This document shows, piece after piece, positions 62,878 to 64,000 of a DNA stretch of 64,000 bases. This stretch comes from Oscillibacter sp. (GTDB lineage Bacteria; Bacillota; Clostridia; Oscillospirales; Oscillospiraceae). The notes beneath the pieces are model-generated. The model did not search any database, was not told where the DNA came from, and was given only the letters and a program-made list of their open reading frames with translations. The first letter of the stretch is position 1. Each line of letters begins with the position of its first letter. The DNA lies in the NCBI GenBank assembly GCA_022652655.1, contig JALCRQ010000003.1:27668-91667 (forward strand), in the 5' to 3' direction. Position numbers and translations under genes: made by a program.

Positions 62878-64000
62878 GTGGAGAGACTGAAGCTCAATCA
62901 AATCTGTACCGGGACGGTGGAGGGCTATTCCAGCGAAGGCCTGGGAATCGTCCGGATCGGCGGGGAAGTGGTGTTTCTGCCCGGCGCCGTCCGGGGCGAG
63001 ACGGCGGAGCTGCGGATCACCCGGGTGATGAAGAACGCGGCGGCGGGTGAACTCGTGAAAATCCTCACGCCGTCCCCCGCCCGCCGGGAGCCGGACTGCC
63101 CGTATTTCGGGCAGTGCGGCGGCTGCGTGTTCCGCCATATGAGCTACGAGGAGGAGCTGTGGGCCAAGTGCCGCCGGGTGCAGGACGCGCTGGAGCGCAT
63201 CGGCGGCCTGACGGTTCCGGTGGAGGAGATTCTGGGGGCGGAGCACCCGCTGCACTACCGCAATAAGTGCCAGTATCCCGTGGACGCGGCGGGAACGGTG
63301 GGCTTTTACCGCGCCCGGACCCACAGCGTGGTGGAGGTGGCGTCGTGCCGCATCCAGCAGCCCGCAGCCGACGCGGCGGCGGGAGCTGTGCGGGAGTGGA
63401 TGCGCCGCTACCGGATTCCCGGCTATGACGAGCGGAGCGGGAAGGGTTTGGTGCGCCACGTTTACGTCCGGGTGAACCGAGAGGGGCAGAGCCTCTGCTG
63501 CCTTGTTGCCAACGGGCGGAAGGTTCCCCGGGAGGCGGAGCTGACGGGCCTTCTCCGGGCCGCGGTGCCCGGCGTTCTGGGCGTGGTGCTGAACACCAAT
63601 ACGGAGCGGAGCAACGTGGTGCTGGGCGGCCGGTACCGGACGCTCTGGGGCCAGGATTTTCTGATGGACACCCTGCGGGGGATATCCTTCCGGCTGTCGG
63701 TGCCGTCGTTTTACCAGGTGAACCGGGAGCAGGCGGAGGTTCTCTACGGCAAGGCACTGGAGTTTGCCGGCCTGACGGGCCGTGAGACGGTGCTGGATCT
63801 CTACTGCGGCGCGGGCACCATCACGCTGTGCATGGCCGGCGCGGCAAAGCGGGTCATCGGCGCGGAGATCGTCCCGGAGGCCATTGCCGACGCCCGGGAG
63901 AACGCGGCGCGCAGCGGCATTTCCAACGCGGAATTTTTCTGCGGCGACGCGGCGGCAATCGCGGCGAAGCTCCGGGAGGACGGGCTGCGGCCGGATGTGA
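62878..64000 (+). CDS. rlmD: 23S rRNA (uracil-C5)-methyltransferase RlmD/RumA family (3' end outside window; missing from the ORF track)
   Basis: My own translation from GTG 62878 gives VERLKLNQICTGTVEGYSSEGLGIVRIGGEVVFLPGAVRGETAELRITRV (TRAM domain). It continues with the 4Fe-4S Cys cluster CPYFGQCGGC and the SAM motif VLDLYCGAGTITL. The frame stays open to position 64000. Confidence 0.85.
   Translation, partial: MERLKLNQICTGTVEGYSSEGLGIVRIGGEVVFLPGAVRGETAELRITRVMKNAAAGELVKILTPSPARREPDCPYFGQCGGCVFRHMSYEEELWAKCRRVQDALERIGGLTVPVEEILGAEHPLHYRNKCQYPVDAAGTVGFYRARTHSVVEVASCRIQQPAADAAAGAVREWMRRYRIPGYDERSGKGLVRHVYVRVNREGQSLCCLVANGRKVPREAELTGLLRAAVPGVLGVVLNTNTERSNVVLGGRYRTLWGQDFLMDTLRGISFRLSVPSFYQVNREQAEVLYGKALEFAGLTGRETVLDLYCGAGTITLCMAGAAKRVIGAEIVPEAIADARENAARSGISNAEFFCGDAAAIAAKLREDGLRPDV

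Noticed and set aside
61558-63459. 633-aa ORF on the minus strand, antisense to the beta-CASP hydrolase and rlmD.
   Set aside because: Shadow ORF crossing a gene boundary on the other strand.

Overview
This is a GC-rich chromosomal segment. I counted 56 G+C in 80 nt at 42301-42380. Gene content fits a Gram-positive anaerobe of class Clostridia: Rex, SepF, RqcH, mini-RNase III, SLH-domain wall proteins, a tiny Cys/Gly-rich TM peptide and a Na+-pumping biotin decarboxylase. That taxonomic placement is inference only.

I support about 60 protein genes, 2 tRNAs (Arg-CCG, Ala-GGC), many intrinsic terminators and several sigma-A-like promoters. I saw no rRNA, CRISPR array, transposase, integrase or phage genes.

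Gene blocks, in order:
- clpC (5' partial), flavodoxin/ferredoxin, membrane lipase
- rpoD-dnaG
- an orphan Sfp-type PPTase
- an oadG-BCCP-oadB-oadA Na+ pump operon
- sfsA, mntP
- a leader RNA followed by two truncated MutS-family ATPases
- an ABC exporter, a tiny Cys-rich ORF, rex
- a long K+ operon (TPR, split trkA, mini-ORF, trkH, exported protein, N-terminally short kdpD, kdpE)
- a DtxR/MntR-type regulator
- a two-component system followed by a dlt-like A-C-B plus SGNH operon
- a nitrilase-family gene
- mrnC, rqcH
- 8-oxoguanine-deaminase-like, macro-domain and ogg genes
- a low-GC GNAT islet
- a DUF2156 gene coupled to a GNAT/2-TM fusion
- a lipoprotein, sepF, an SLH protein
- a MacAB-type efflux system
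- a polysaccharide deacetylase
- secA, a small TM gene, pgeF, an orphan SBP
- a beta-CASP MBL hydrolase
- rlmD (3' partial; absent from the ORF track because it runs off the window)

Most interesting candidates:
1. A probable fluoride (crcB-motif) riboswitch with an overlapping terminator, controlling a translationally coupled pair of MutS-domain-V-only ATPases whose Walker B motifs differ (NE versus DE). The function of such proteins is uncharacterised.
2. A coupled operon of a DUF2156 (MprF-C-like, aminoacyl-tRNA-transferase fold) protein and a 749-aa GNAT fusion ending in a CorA-like coiled coil plus 2-TM hairpin.
3. A non-canonical dlt-like cell-envelope acylation operon next to a two-component system that has phased direct-repeat boxes.
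4. Two unannotated mini-ORFs with strong RBSs (47 aa Cys/Gly-rich; 36 aa TM inside the trk operon).

All family assignments come from reading the translations by eye. No database search was run.
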